A stretch of 64,000 nt of DNA from the NCBI RefSeq assembly GCF_006345805.1, contig NC_043004.1:53506001-53570000 (forward strand), read 5' to 3'. A program made the translations under genes and the position numbers. This DNA is from Octopus sinensis (taxonomy: Eukaryota). A model generated the notes under the pieces. It ran no database searches, had not been told where the DNA came from, and saw nothing but the letters and a program-made list of their open reading frames with translations. Shown here piece after piece: positions 27,691 through 40,600 of this stretch. Positions within the stretch are counted from its first letter, which is position 1. Every line of letters starts with the position of its first letter.

Positions 27691-27755
27691 GTTACATATC
27701 ACATGTGATTTCGCATTTAAATGCAGAATATGCATTTTATGTTCATCAGTGCAAC
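27691..27755 (-). ncRNA. Type I hammerhead
   Basis: GUUGCA-CUGAUGA-ACAU..AAAUGCA(UAUUC)UGCAUUU..AUGC-GAAA-UCACAUGUGA-U-A-UGUAAC. 6-bp stem I and palindromic AUCACAUGUGAU. Confidence 0.78.
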
Positions 27756-28188
27756 AAACTCAAGAAATATAAGAGAAAAACATAACATTACAAGCTCGAT
27801 AGCCAACCGTAGAATTCGTTGTAGCATGTCCGAATGTTTATCTTTACATATCTATGAAAATGGCGGGCTTATTCGCAATGCATTTCGGTACAAATTGTCT
27901 ATTCGGAATAAAAATTCAGTATTGAACTATTCCGGTGAAAAATATAAATTAACAATTGAGGATAAAATCTTTAAAAGAAATTATCAGTAGTCAGCGTGAA
28001 AAACCTCGTAAGAGAAAAAATCCGTAAATTCTTCCTCTTTGAAAATATTCATTTATATTATATTGAGGGTACTACTATTCGTAGATACCAACACGCTAAG
28101 AGGGACCAATGCGGTCAAAACTACTAAAAATAAACAAAATTTTACCGAATGCAAACCTTCAAAAAAAATAATTTAAAAAAAGTATTCA

Positions 28189-28253
28189 GTTACATATCAC
28201 CTGTGATTTCGCATTTAAATGCAGAATATGCATTTTATGTTCATCAGTGCAAC
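28189..28253 (-). ncRNA. Type I hammerhead (second tandem unit)
   Basis: Same as 27691-27755 with one change in the stem III loop. Confidence 0.78.
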
Positions 28254-28710
28254 AAACTCAAGAAATATATGATGTGTTTTGAAGGTTTGCATTCGGTAAA
28301 ATTTTGTTTATTTTTAGTAGTTTTGACCGCATTGGTCCCTCTTAGCGTGTTGGTATCTACGAATAGTAGTACCCTCAATATAATATAAATGAATATTTTC
28401 AAAGAGGAAGAATTTACGGATTTTTTCTCTTACGAGGTTTTTCACGCTGACTACTGATAATTTCTTTTAAAGATTTTATCCTCAATTGTTAATATATATA
28501 TATTTGTATATATATTTATAATATATATGTGTGTGTATGTATATATAAGCACGCACACACAATATATGTATATACATACACACACACAAACACACACACA
28601 CAGACACACACACATATATATATATATAAATATACATATATATATACATACATACATACATACATACATACATACATACATACATACATACATACATACA
28701 TACATACATA

Positions 28711-29310
28711 CAGGGGTGCGGCGAATAGACTGTCGTCTAAATTACGCAAAAATGAAAACAAAACTGACATGTCATTTTTACAGATATATTTGGCAAAGTT
28801 ACATAAAAATAACTTGAAGTACTTAGTAAATATATTTAATAAAATCGTGATTGGTTTCAACCACAGTCTCCAGACAACCTCGGAATCTCCTGCAACTCTT
28901 CTGGATGGTCTCTTTGTTTAATTTGCTGAATGCTACCCTAATGCTTGCCTTCAGTTCATCTTTGGTGATAGAGGGAGTTTTGTTGGTCTCTCGCTCAAGA
29001 GCGCCTCATACATAATAATCAAGGGGGCGACAGCCTGATGAGGTAGGTGGCCCGATGTTAGTGGTGAGGTGGTCGTAGAAATTGTCTGAAAGCTGTTTGT
29101 GTGGCATGGTGCAGAGACCTGTTGCCAAGCATAGGGTCTGCCAGCAGCCACCCTCTTGACCCAAAGCAGCGCTACTTCTTCCAGGCCTCCATGTTAATCT
29201 GAGACCGTGTGAGAAAATGAATGGGGGTATAACGTGGCCATATCTAGTGATCACTCCAAACACGTATGATGTTGACTGGACTTTTAATTTTTATCACTCT
29301 TGGTACTTGT
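28711..29310 (-). mobile_element. Tc1/mariner-superfamily transposon 3' half (degenerate)
   Basis: Minus strand FGVI...PPFIF..GLRL, WQQVSAPCH, PPTSSGCRPLDYYV (WPPxSPDxNPLD-like), DELKASI...CRRFR..LE.VV. Terminus TA|CAGGGGTG. Confidence 0.8.
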
Positions 29311-29399
29311 CCTTAGACTGTATTTTCCTCAGATTAACACATAAACACTGAAATATTTTTATTGGAGTTTCTGGCGCGAATGCCAAGCAGTACGAAAAC

Positions 29400-29992
29400 A
29401 AAAGAGTTAAATACAAAACAACGAGAGAAAAATGGAAAACAGGACAAGTAACACGGAGAACGACCCTTCATCATTTGTCGGTTGTCTATCTACTTCTCAT
29501 TTCCAGCATTCAACTACAATATGAGTCTCCTCTCTCATTGCTCACACGTGACCATCGTTCATCTTTCTTTTTTTCACATGACCACCTTTCTTTTCATGCA
29601 TGACATTCTAAGCACTTGAGTCTTCTATCCCTCAATCTCTTCTCTTTCTATCTATCTCTCTCTTCCATCTTTTCACTTTCCAAAGAAAATATTTCACCCT
29701 GCGTTCAATATATTCCTCTCGTTCTGGTCTAACGATCCTGCATATTCTTTTCGTTCGGTTTCTTTGTATGTTTCCACTGTTCTGTTTTTGTTCTCAACTT
29801 TGATCCTCCTTATATCCAACATTTTTGGGGAGTGGGGGTTATGGGAGTAACTGTCTTCGAAGTCTCATATTATCTTTGAATGGTCGAAATGATGAATAGA
29901 TAGACAGCCGACAACTGATGAAGGGCCTTTCTCCGTGTTACTTGTCGTGTTCTCCATTTTTCCGTCGTTGTTTTTTGTATTTAACTCGTTTG
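29400..29992. mobile_element. Diverged inverted-repeat element
   Basis: 29400-29528 is the reverse complement of 29862-29992 (acaagtaacacggagaa / ttctccgtgttacttgt). Confidence 0.75.
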
Positions 29993-31169
29993 TTTTTATA
30001 CTTGATGTTGTTTACACAGTTGGTGACGTCCTGTACGCGTATATTTTCCCCCATCTTTTTCTCCCGACGCCTGAAATCGCTAAATCTGTTCCTGCGAAAG
30101 AATGGATATTATCCACCAATCTTCTGTATTTGTCATCACGATATACGATCGATATTATTGCTGCCATCTGAGGACGCCCTCCTACTGAACTTGAAGCCAT
30201 TGCTTACCGACAACATATATAGCACATTGGCTGCATCACAACACTAGCGGCAATATAACCACGGGTTAAATTCTACCTGGATGCACTATAGACTTGGCTT
30301 TCTTCCCAACAGCATAGATTCCCTCCTACGTTTATCTCCATATAAATAGGTGTGTGAGCATTCACATAGGCACACATACATTTATATACGTATACTTTTC
30401 CTCACTCTTTTCTACTCTAACAACACAAAATCTCAATCCAACGTCAAATACTCCATAGCCAGCAAAGTTGCTGCTGCCACATTAGCATATACCAGACATG
30501 TTCATGCATGCATATATATCAATTGCGTGCGTATATATGTAAGCACACGCAAGCTCCAGATAAAAACGAACATACGCATACATACACTTTCTTTCTGAGA
30601 AACACGTACTCATTCATGCGTACATAAACGAACAAATACTCATTCACATCCACCAGTCATCCATATACATTGCCATCCACGTAATGCACACACGATTATA
30701 CTGCACAAGTATTCGCAAGCATACAATCATACACCTGATACTAACGCAACGCATATACACTGATGACATATAACATACCCCAACATATTGGTGCAAACGT
30801 GTACTCACACATGGCTGATACGTACACGCAAGCATTCGAACGCATAGCTTAGCAAACAGACATGCACACCAACGAGCCTGTGCCGTCAGTTCTCACTCCC
30901 ACACACGAAGCATATACATATGCAAAATCCATATGCACTCATACAGCTGGTATATATACACACGCATACACCCTCGCTGGCCATGGTTCTGATGTCCTGC
31001 ACGCCCCTTCAAAGATGGGCCGGACAAGCCACCTTGTCCCAAAGATTCCGCTTTTAACGCATTCGGTGTCGCTGGAATATAGGTCATATATATACACACA
31101 AACATGTGTTTGTGTGTATGTGTGTTTTAAGTGCATATTTACAAACACACACACACACACACACATGCT

Positions 31170-31260
<91 letters not shown>

Positions 31261-31261
<1 letters not shown>

Positions 31262-31566
31262 TGTTTCTTTATTAGCCACACAGGGCTGCACACAGACGGG
31301 ACAAATTACAAGGTAGAGCTTTTCTTTTTGGGGATAAAAATAGGGGGATTTGGTTTTTGATCAAAAGGGATCGTAAAAGGAAAGAAAGAGGAAAGCAAAA
31401 AAGGCTGGGATAAAAATAAAAGGAAAAAGAAAAAATCGATCAATAGGGATCGTTATCACAGAAATGTCAATATAAAGTGTAAAGGGGAGGACAGGTGAGG
31501 TTTACCTGTGGAAAGAAAAGCCTACGGAAAAGACCACGGTAACCTCGGTTAATGAAGTCACATGTT
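31261..31566 (-). mobile_element. Probable LINE 3' UTR inserted in (GATA)n
   Basis: Unique block between two (GATA)n tracts. The minus strand is pyrimidine-rich and ends tgtgtggctAATAAAgaaacat. Confidence 0.6.
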
Positions 31567-31569
31567 AGG

Positions 31570-31655
<86 letters not shown>

Positions 31656-32723
31656 CAATTATATGTACATATAGGTTTGACTTGGCTCTATAATTTTGAA
31701 TCACGGATAGAGATATCTATTGCTTTTTGAATACGTGTCCCGCGGTTTAGGGAATAATTCGCGGGTAAGTCTTCTTTTTTATAAATACAGAAAATAGACT
31801 TACGTATGCAATAAAAAATTCGCAAGTGTGGGGAAGAATTTTTATTTCTTATTTCAGAAAACTATTGAACAGCTATTTATTACTGTTACTGTTTTACTCG
31901 TAATTCTTTACCCCCAACAATCGCCCACTCGACGGTAAATGTCTAGTAATTTATTTAATGTCTTGTTCTAATGCGGAACTCGACAGTATTACCACAAAAG
32001 TACATGCCCGACAAAAATTCCATTAAAACTCGCTTCCATCTTAACCATTCCACCACGTACATATGTAGTCATTTTCATTCAAATCTTCTCTGCAGGCTTT
32101 AATTCAGAAATTATTCGCATTATATCACAATGGCAACGGATGAAATATGCATTGAGAAATTGGTAATTCAAAATAATATATTTCCAATGCATCTTAGAAT
32201 CTCCTAAGAACCCAATTATTAAAATATGCTTTCATATTTCGATTTTGCAGCCACTTAATCGCTATACGTTAGGCTCGTCGTAATAGCGTTGTGTAGAAAA
32301 CTCATAATATAGTCAACATTCTTATTTTTATAATATATTATTATTTCACATATACACACCATGCCCTTACAGGCACAATGTTTTATATAAATCATTTCTA
32401 TTTTGATTTATGTAAGTGTTACTTTCTAATCACTTGTCAGCCCCAAAAAATTCACTTCTCATCGTATGTTAAATATTGTGTGCTATCTTCTATTGTAAAA
32501 CTCCAAGTAGCCATTTTTGAACATCAACTTTTCAATAATTGAAAACCCTCTAAATTCACATTAGAGTGCTCAATTTATTTCACTTCTTTACGCTTGTGTG
32601 CACGGGTCTTTCTCTCTATTTCTGGGAACTTTTCCACTCTCTGATTCGTTCTGGCGTTCTAGATCTGCCCACTTTTATCGCTCTCTATCTCACCCTTTCA
32701 CACACCCTCTCTCTCCTTCTTCA

Positions 32724-32767
<44 letters not shown>

Positions 32768-32806
32768 CGAGGTCTCTTTCATTTTTTGTTGTCTTACCAT
32801 TTCTAT

Positions 32807-32859
<53 letters not shown>

Positions 32860-33277
32860 CATACATACAAGCATACGTGCATATATTATAAGACAGATAG
32901 ATAGAAAGAGAGAGAGGGGGTATAATGGGGATAAGTTACCCAGGTGGATACCGTATTAGTCTCAAGATAGGTTGAGATGCCGGGTGTCCACAACGGTCCA
33001 TTACATAGCACTCAACCATAGAAATATATACTGGTGCTGGTAAACTTCACTCATTGGGTAATTCCGTGTTCTTATGCAGAACTACCAACAAAATGGAAGC
33101 TACCCGAACAAGCTCTGCATTAGTCTGTAAGGGAAATGTTTGAATCCGCGAAAGAGCAGTACTCAGAATTTTGTCAATGTGGGAAAGAGTAATAGCTTAG
33201 AAGATAGCCAGGAAAATTTAGAAATCACCAGTATTGAAACTGAAGCAAAAATTATAAATAGAATTAGTAGAACTCTC

Positions 33278-33470
33278 AAATGCGATTGTGCAAGGAACAG
33301 GGTTTGTCCGCTTAACTAATTGTAAATATAAAAAATTTTGTGTACAGATGTAAGATTTCCTCAGAGGATAGGGGGTGTTTCTATATTGGAGCTATCTCAC
33401 GTTATATTAAGCGAAGAATTGCCAATCACTTCAATTCATTTAGCTATGGGGACAAAAGGAATACTACTAA
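33278..33470 (+). pseudogene. Degenerate GIY-YIG endonuclease of a second PLE lineage
   Basis: CDCARNRVCPL / CKYKNFVYRCKI...FYIG...KRRIANHFNSF, with a frameshift. Confidence 0.75.
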
Positions 33471-33605
33471 CGGTTGTTGCCTGCTGCGAGTGATAGCTAT
33501 GATGTACTTTTATACACCATATAACCTTATGATAGTTTTCTCCATTGGTAAATATTGCAGTGTTTGTGTTCTAACGCAGCATCCACTGATAAATGAATAT
33601 TTTAC

Positions 33606-33647
<42 letters not shown>

Positions 33648-33711
33648 TCGTATGTATGTATGTATGTATGTATGTATGTATAGACATGAAACGCTCTTGT
33701 TCCTCTTTTAA

Positions 33712-33880
33712 GCTTTTACTTGCTAGAGCACCGCCTTGTGTCGAGCAAATCGACCCCAGGACTTATTCTTTGGAAGCCTAGTACTTATTCTATCGGTCTG
33801 TTTTGCCGAACCGCTAAGTTATGGGGACGTAAACACACCATCGGTTGTCAAGTGATGCTGGAGGGACAAACATATACACA
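33712..33880 (-). mobile_element. SINE family A 3' part
   Basis: Matches 48050-48250. Confidence 0.8.
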
Positions 33881-33973
33881 CATATACGGAAATATATATA
33901 TATACATATATACATATATACACTTTTTACTCCTCAGTAGCGTGTGGCATCTATGTGTAATAACGCCCTCTAT

Positions 33974-34023
<50 letters not shown>

Positions 34024-34339
34024 CAGCCATGTCCTCAATGTTACAAATTTCAATGACGTTCATACTTTCTGATGAGGATGATATATGTTCTGGTAAAGCA
34101 ATATGGAAGTTGGCGACTCGCATTTCGAAAAAGGACTTGATATTTAGTTATGCTGATATTGGGAGCAAAAGAAATGATTATATTATATTGATTTCGTTTA
34201 TAAAAAAATTATGGGATTTATACACTGTATATGTTAAGAATAACAACGAAGAATGAACATATATACATACAAACACACACACACACACGCACGCACGCAC
34301 ACACACACACACACAACACACACACACACACTCACACAC

Positions 34340-34418
<79 letters not shown>

Positions 34419-34949
34419 AAATATAATGTTATGATATCACAATTATATATGATAATAACAAATTGTGAATGTGTGTATGTGTGTGTTTGAGTGTGCCTGT
34501 GTGAGTGTGTGTGTATGCGTGTGTGTATGTGTGCTTATGATCGTTTGTGGTGTTTTCTGATGTACTCGCTAGGTAATGTTTACAAAACAATCTATCCGCT
34601 ATTATAACAGAAACCACAAAAGACATATTCAATCTTGAGATATTAAAAGCAACAGGAAATTATTTTTAAAAAAAGTAAACTACTAATAACATTAATGATG
34701 ATGATGATGATGAATATGGTGGTAGTGGTGGTTGTGGTGGTGGTGATAAAAAGCTTTATTTAAAAACTAATAAACGGCAGTATGATAAAACATATACAGC
34801 AAGCATGTTACAAGACATACTTATATAAATATCTATATAATCCTAAGTGCATACATGTATATAAAAGTGTTTGTGCACATAACTGTGCTTCTTCATATAT
34901 ACATATGAGAGAAATTGAGCTATATATGTGTGTGTATTTACGTGTATAC

Positions 34950-34984
<35 letters not shown>

Positions 34985-35107
34985 GATAGATATATAGATA
35001 GATACAGGGATAGATTGGTGTGTCTATATATATATATGTGTGTGTGTGTGTATCTGTGTATGTATGTATGCATACATGTACAAGACAAGGTATAAACATA
35101 TGTAAAC

Positions 35108-35204
<97 letters not shown>

Positions 35205-35536
35205 CAATGTTTATTCGCTTCTCCCGGCAATACGATATATTTCACGATTGAAGTAAACAAACTCTCCAATGTTCTGCTGTGTAGAAATTTCATTTCAATG
35301 AAGCGGATATTAAAATACACGTTCGCATGAACTTATATACTAAATGAGAGTATGGCGAAGTGTGCATTATCTTTGCACTTTTCACATTACATACAAACTA
35401 TACATCTATTAATATTTATATGCATAGACATATACTTATACGTATACATTTATATATATATATTAATATATATATATATAATATATATATATATATACAC
35501 ATACATATGCATACATATATACATACATACTTACAT

Positions 35537-35611
<75 letters not shown>

Positions 35612-35717
35612 TATATATAACGGGAAGCTTTATGAAAATAGACAAAAGACGAAGGCAGGTGGAAAACAAACGAACAATTATATTAGTATGGCGCTCAGGA
35701 AATATAAATAAAACAAG

Positions 35718-35755
35718 TCTTTAACGTTTCGAGCCTACGCTCTTCAACAGAAAGA
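35718..35755 (-). ncRNA. Minimal type I hammerhead ribozyme in PLE 3' end (variant core)
   Basis: Minus strand: UCUUU-CUGUUGA-A-GAGC(GUAG)GCUC-GAAA-CG-UU-AAAGA. 5-bp stem I, 4-bp stem II, palindromic AACGUU. Core A6 is replaced by U. Confidence 0.65.
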
Positions 35756-35936
35756 TACACAGAGAGAAAAAAACACAGAAAGAAGGAGAGAAAAAAATGC
35801 GTGCAATAGCTAACGAATCAACATGGCGATCTGATTTCGGCCAGAGGTCAAAGATCAAACATGAGACGCGAGAGCGAAATAAGGGGAGATAATAGGGTTG
35901 ATAATAGGGTTGATAAAAGGGTTGAAGGACCAGCTA

Positions 35937-36395
35937 ATAGTGCGTAGGAGGGGTCTGGACGTGTGTATGTATAGGGTTGGTGTATGTATTAGTATGTATA
36001 AGGGTGTGTGTGTGTGTGTGTGTGTATGAGAGAGTATTAGTGCGTAGGATTGGTCTGGACGTGCGTATGTATGGGGTTGGTGTATGTATTAGTATGTATT
36101 AGTATGTATTAGTACGTATTAGTATGTATAAGTGTGGTGTGTGTGTGTGTGTGTGTGTATGAGAGAGTATTAGTGCGTAGGATTGGTCTGGACGTGCGTA
36201 TGTATGGGGTTGGTGTATGTATTAGTATGTATTAGTATGTATTAGTACGTATTAGTATGTATAAGTGTGTGTGTGTGTGTATGAGAGAGTATAAGTGCGT
36301 ATGAGGGGTCTGGACGTGTGTATGTATAGGGTTGGTGTATGTATTAGTATGTATTAGTACGTATTAGTATGTATTAGTTGGTGTATGTATTAGTA
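35937..36395. repeat. Tandem ~100-130 bp repeats in PLE 3' UTR
   Basis: Four copies beginning agtgcgta...gtctggacgtg, with nested gtattagtat 10-mers and (GT)n. Confidence 0.85.
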
Positions 36396-36402
36396 TGGCA
36401 CA

Positions 36403-37337
36403 TCATATATGATGTGATGTGTAAAGTCGTGTTGTGTAGTGAGGAGAAGAGGGGGAGGGGGGAGAAGGGGAGGGGAAGAAGAGGGGAGGAGAGGTGGGAA
36501 GAGGAGAGGATGGGGGAGAGATAGGATGGGGAGAATGAAGGGGAGGAGGGGGAGGAAGGAGGAAAGAGGGAGAGGGGGAGAGAGAAGGGGAGTGAGGGAG
36601 TGAGGGAGCAGAGGGAAGGGGAAGAGGGAAGGAGGGAGGGAGAAAGAGGGAAGAAGGGAAGGGGAGTAGGGGTGAAAGGATGAAGGACTGAAGAAGTAGG
36701 GGTCGGGGGGAAAGGATAGGTGAGGAGGGGGAGAGGGGGGTTAGATGAGGAGGGGGAGAGTTGAGACCAAATGGCGTATAAGAGCGAAGAGAGAAGATTA
36801 ATTCCTGTTCACGGCGCAAACGGGAATCCGGATGGCCTCTGTGTAAGGACAAACCGAACACAGATAGGTGTTGCAAGGAGTGACCGGTGGAGCGGAAATG
36901 GCGTGAGACCGGTGTGTCGTTCGCAAGGTGGATGTCACGAAGGTGTTCCGCGAACCGGTCAGCCAAGCGGCGTCCCGTTTGTCCGATGTACAAGGAATTG
37001 CAGAGAGAGCAAGAGATGCAATAGATAATATTGCTGGAGGTGCAGGTGAAGGAGTGGATGATGGGATAGGGTCGATGGTGGGTGCTAGTGAGGCGGGTGG
37101 TGTTGGAGAGGTAAGGGCAAGTGCGGCAACGTGGGCGGGAGCAGGGGAACGAGCCGGGTTGGGAGGTAGGGTCAGGGAAGGAGCTATGGACCAAAAGGTC
37201 TCGAAGGTTGTGGGCTCGTTTGAAAGAGGGGAGGGGTCGGTTAGGGAAGAGGTGTGAAGTGGACGGGTCGGACTGGAGATGACGGAAAGCTCGAAGAATG
37301 GTGCGTTGGAGACGTAGGGTCGTGGGGTGGTAAGTGA
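36403..37337 (-). CDS. PLE Cys-rich linker + GIY-YIG endonuclease (frameshifted continuation of RT)
   Basis: PCSRPRCRTC linker, then FTCTSSNIIYCISCSLCNSLYIGQTGRRLADRFAEH...VSRHF...EQELI...PFGLN. The frame then reads through low-complexity sequence to a stop at 36403. Confidence 0.9.
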
Positions 37338-38928
37338 GGGGAAAGGGAGGCGGGAGACTACAGGGCGGGTTAGGGGAGAGAGAGCAGATACACGGTCCAC
37401 GGACCGTGCTCTGGCAAGGGCGGTGTGGATAGTGGTGAGGGGGTATCCACGTAGGGTGAAGTGGTGAGCCATACGTTGAGACTGAGTCTCAAAGTCATGG
37501 TCGTCACTACAGAGCCTACGTAGACGGAGGAATTGGGAATAGGGGATGGAAAGCTTGGTGTGTTCTGGGTGGGAGGAAGAGAAGTTGAGGTATGAGTGTG
37601 AGTCTGTGTGTTTGTAGTGAATGGAGGTGGTAAGAGTGGAGTGAAGAATGCTAACCGAAATGTCGAGGAAGGAGACAGAGGTGTTGGAGATAGTGGAAGT
37701 GAAGTGGAGGGCTGGATGGAAAGATTGGACGAAAGAGAGGAAGGAATCTAGATGTTCGCGGGAGAGTGAGGTGGCACCGATAATGTCGTCGATGTAACGA
37801 CCATATAGTTCAGGAGTGGGACCAGTGAAATTAGAGAATATTTGGGCCTCAACATAGTCAACGAACAGGTTCGCATAGTTGGGGCCCATTCGCGTTCCCA
37901 TGGCCACTCCCGAGATCTGATGGTAGAACTCGCCCGCGAACGAGAAGCAGTTCAGAGTAAGGACAAGTTCGGCCAGACGAATGAGTGTGGAGGTGTCGGG
38001 TACAGGGGTAGAGCGGAGGTCAAGAAAGTGTCGAAGGGCCTGCAGTCCTTCGTGGTGAGGGATAACAGTATAGAGGCTTTGGATGTCCATAGTAAAAAGG
38101 ATTTTGGAGGAGCCAGGAGGAAAGGAGAAAGAGTTGAAAAGCCGGAGAGCATGGTTGGTATCGTGGATGTGGGAGGGAAGAGATGCCACTAGGGGGGCAA
38201 GGACACGGTCGAGGTATTTAGAGATGAGCTCCGTGGGGCAGTTACAGGCGAAGACGATGGGGCGGCCAGGGTGGTTGGGTTTATGGATTTTGGGGAGGAA
38301 GTAAATGGTAGGGGTACGTGGGGTTCGCACAATTAGGTTGGATGCGGTGCGGGGGAGACGGGAGGACGAGATGAGGTCGTGGACAGTAGAGGATACCGTC
38401 TGTTGGTAGCTACGTGTGGGGTTAGAGGGCAGAGGGGAATAGAAGGAGGTGTCATTGAGTTGGCGGAAAGCCTCGGCCCTATAGAGGTCCGCGCGCCACA
38501 CCACTACAGCTCCACCCTTGTCAGCCGGTTTGATGATAATGTCAGCGCGCCGTTGGAGGGAACGAAGAGCCAAGAGCTCAGCCGGGGAGATGTTGAGGCG
38601 GCGTTGGCGCCTGGAGAAGTTGAACCGCTCCAATGCACGCTGACAAGCGCCCGCGAAAAGATCCACTGCTAGGATCTGGCCAGGGGCAGGCGTCCACGGG
38701 GATGGTCGGCGGCCCAGGCCAGTGAAGCAGTCCTCTTCGTTGGGTGTGGGTGGCGAGTCATGGTAATGCGCACCCAACCAGACACGGCGCACATAGCTGT
38801 GGACATCAACTCGCGTCTGGAATTCCTTACAGGATGGAGTGAGGGGGATGAAACGCAGACCCCTACCAAGGACTGAGCGTTCAGCCGCAGAGAGGGGAAG
38901 ATCGGGGGGAATGGTAACAACAGACGGA
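37338..38928 (-). CDS. PLE reverse transcriptase (frame of ORF 36798..38792, open upstream of the annotated start)
   Basis: Motifs: LSAAERSVLGRGLRFIP (in frame upstream of the listed start), ADKGG, YFLPKIHK, GRPIV, MDIQSLYT, GVAMGTRMGPNYANLFV, RYIDD, SFLD, SSSHP, IPYSQFLRLRRLCS. Homology is lost after RLPFP at a G4 run (37338-37341). Confidence 0.93.
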
Positions 38929-39171
38929 AGTGGAGAAGGGGTGGGTGGAATAGAAGTAGGAGGGGTGGTAGGTCTCGTGGAGGTCTGAGGGGGAGGGTTG
39001 GGGAGGTGTGTGGGGTGGGGTTTGGGGGGGGCAGTAGGGTTAGGTGTAGGTGGATGGAGCCTATCGGGAGGGGAGAAGGGGTTGTAGGGAGGGGCAGTGG
39101 GGTTAGGTGTGGGTGGATGGAGCCTATCAGGAGGGGAGAAGGGTGGTGGAGGAGTTGGGGTAGTGGCGTCG

Positions 39172-39208
<37 letters not shown>

Positions 39209-39539
39209 ATATATATATATATATACATATCAATGCTTTCTATTTGTAATAAAAACAATTTTACCTTAATCTGAAGTTTGTTCTATACTTCGTGGAGGGC
39301 AATTCATTATTCTTAAATAAGAATTTAATCGACTGTGACTTCTGACTGTCGGCCAGCGAACCAATCATCGGACTGTGATGCTTGGAAGTTAATTTTGGTT
39401 TCATATATATATATTTTTTTTGTGTGGAGAGAAAATCTTTCGTTACTATATGGATTTGAATTGGGTGGTAAATTGGGGCTAGTGGGGATTTTGGTAGAGA
39501 GGTATTTTGGAGAAATTTTCATTGATTAGATTCGCTGTC

Positions 39540-40600
39540 ATTTTATTGTTCCGAATTTATTCATGCGAGTATAACATTTAAACAGGTGTGTATATTTGTG
39601 TCATCATCAGCTTCAGATGATCGGATAAGTTTGATTTACTGGTTCACAAAAGGGATGAAGGTGAGTGTAGAAAGTTTTTGGTTAGCAAACGTGACTGTAG
39701 TTTCAGCTATGTTTCATTTCATTTGATTTAATTTTTTTATTTAGGGAATCTAAATGTAAAAGTTAAAAATTTAGTACGGTATTTAGCCCTGTAAATAAGT
39801 GAGTCAGATTTTTTTTTTTTTTTAGAAATGAACTTTTTAAGGGTTCACAAAAGAATGTAATTGGTATATTTTATCTAATCAGTTTCCTTCCTTGTTGTGA
39901 TTTAGGGCATGTCTTGTACATTTGGACAAAGTAATTGGCCAATAATGTCACGGTAATGTTAGTATAGAAATTAGTTAACTTGTGCTTTGATATCCACAGG
40001 AGTATATGTATAAGTCTAAAAGCTGTTGGTCGGTATATTTCTTTCGGGGTTCATTATTCTATAAGTAATTTGATTAATATGTAGAAATCTAAAACTTTAT
40101 GGGGGCAGTATTTGTGCGCTATGTTTAAAATGATTCCTTCAATTGTTTCAAATAGGCCTATTTTATAATATATTATTTTAGGATTATGGATATATGCGAA
40201 GTCTAGTATTATAAAATTTGTGTATAAGTTTATGTATAAAGACAAGAACAAAAATAGAATTTAATTTTTAAAATCAGTTAATTATTCTGAAAAAGGAAAG
40301 TGTCTTCCATCTTGCTGGCATACAAATATATATATATTTTGTGAGTGTTTGTGTACGTTTGTGCAATTAATCTAGAAAATGTTTTGAGAGAATTTTAGTT
40401 GGAGATTGAGGAACTTTTAGATAATTTCTACAACTCCTGTTTAGTGAACAGCTGTAGAAATCGTTTTTATGTATATTACGGGGATAGTTTATGGTGTAGG
40501 TGGAAGGAGAGAGGGTGGTGAGATATTTAATTGAATAACTTTTAGAAAAATTACTGGTTTGAAATGTTTTAGTGATTTTAATGTTTTGCGCTTGCATGGG
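39540..40600 (-). pseudogene. Possible highly decayed PLE remnant
   Basis: Only scattered minus-strand peptides: YTNYHSF-like/LIYRAK and TFIPFVN. Many stops. Confidence 0.3.

Larger units (their letters stand above)
27555..28497 (-). mobile_element. Retrozyme-like element: ~497-bp tandem + inverted copy, two HHRs
   Basis: attgagggtactact at 27566 and 28062. 28270-28497 is the reverse complement of ~27945-28165. (TA)n on both sides. Confidence 0.88.
35620..39173 (-). mobile_element. Penelope-like retroelement (Neptune-like), 5'-truncated, inserted in (TA)n
   Basis: GC-rich block bounded by (TA)n on both sides. It encodes RT and GIY-YIG endonuclease, and its 3' non-coding region has tandem repeats and a minimal hammerhead. 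Confidence 0.93.

Noticed and set aside
34065-34140. CUGAUGA...cGAAA
   Set aside because: No consistent stem III/NUH or stem I.
35937-36395. Regularly spaced repeats resembling a CRISPR array
   Set aside because: The spacers are repetitive rather than unique, the context is eukaryotic and there are no cas genes.
36771-38672. Plus-strand ORFs over the PLE
   Set aside because: Antisense shadows of a GC-rich coding sequence.
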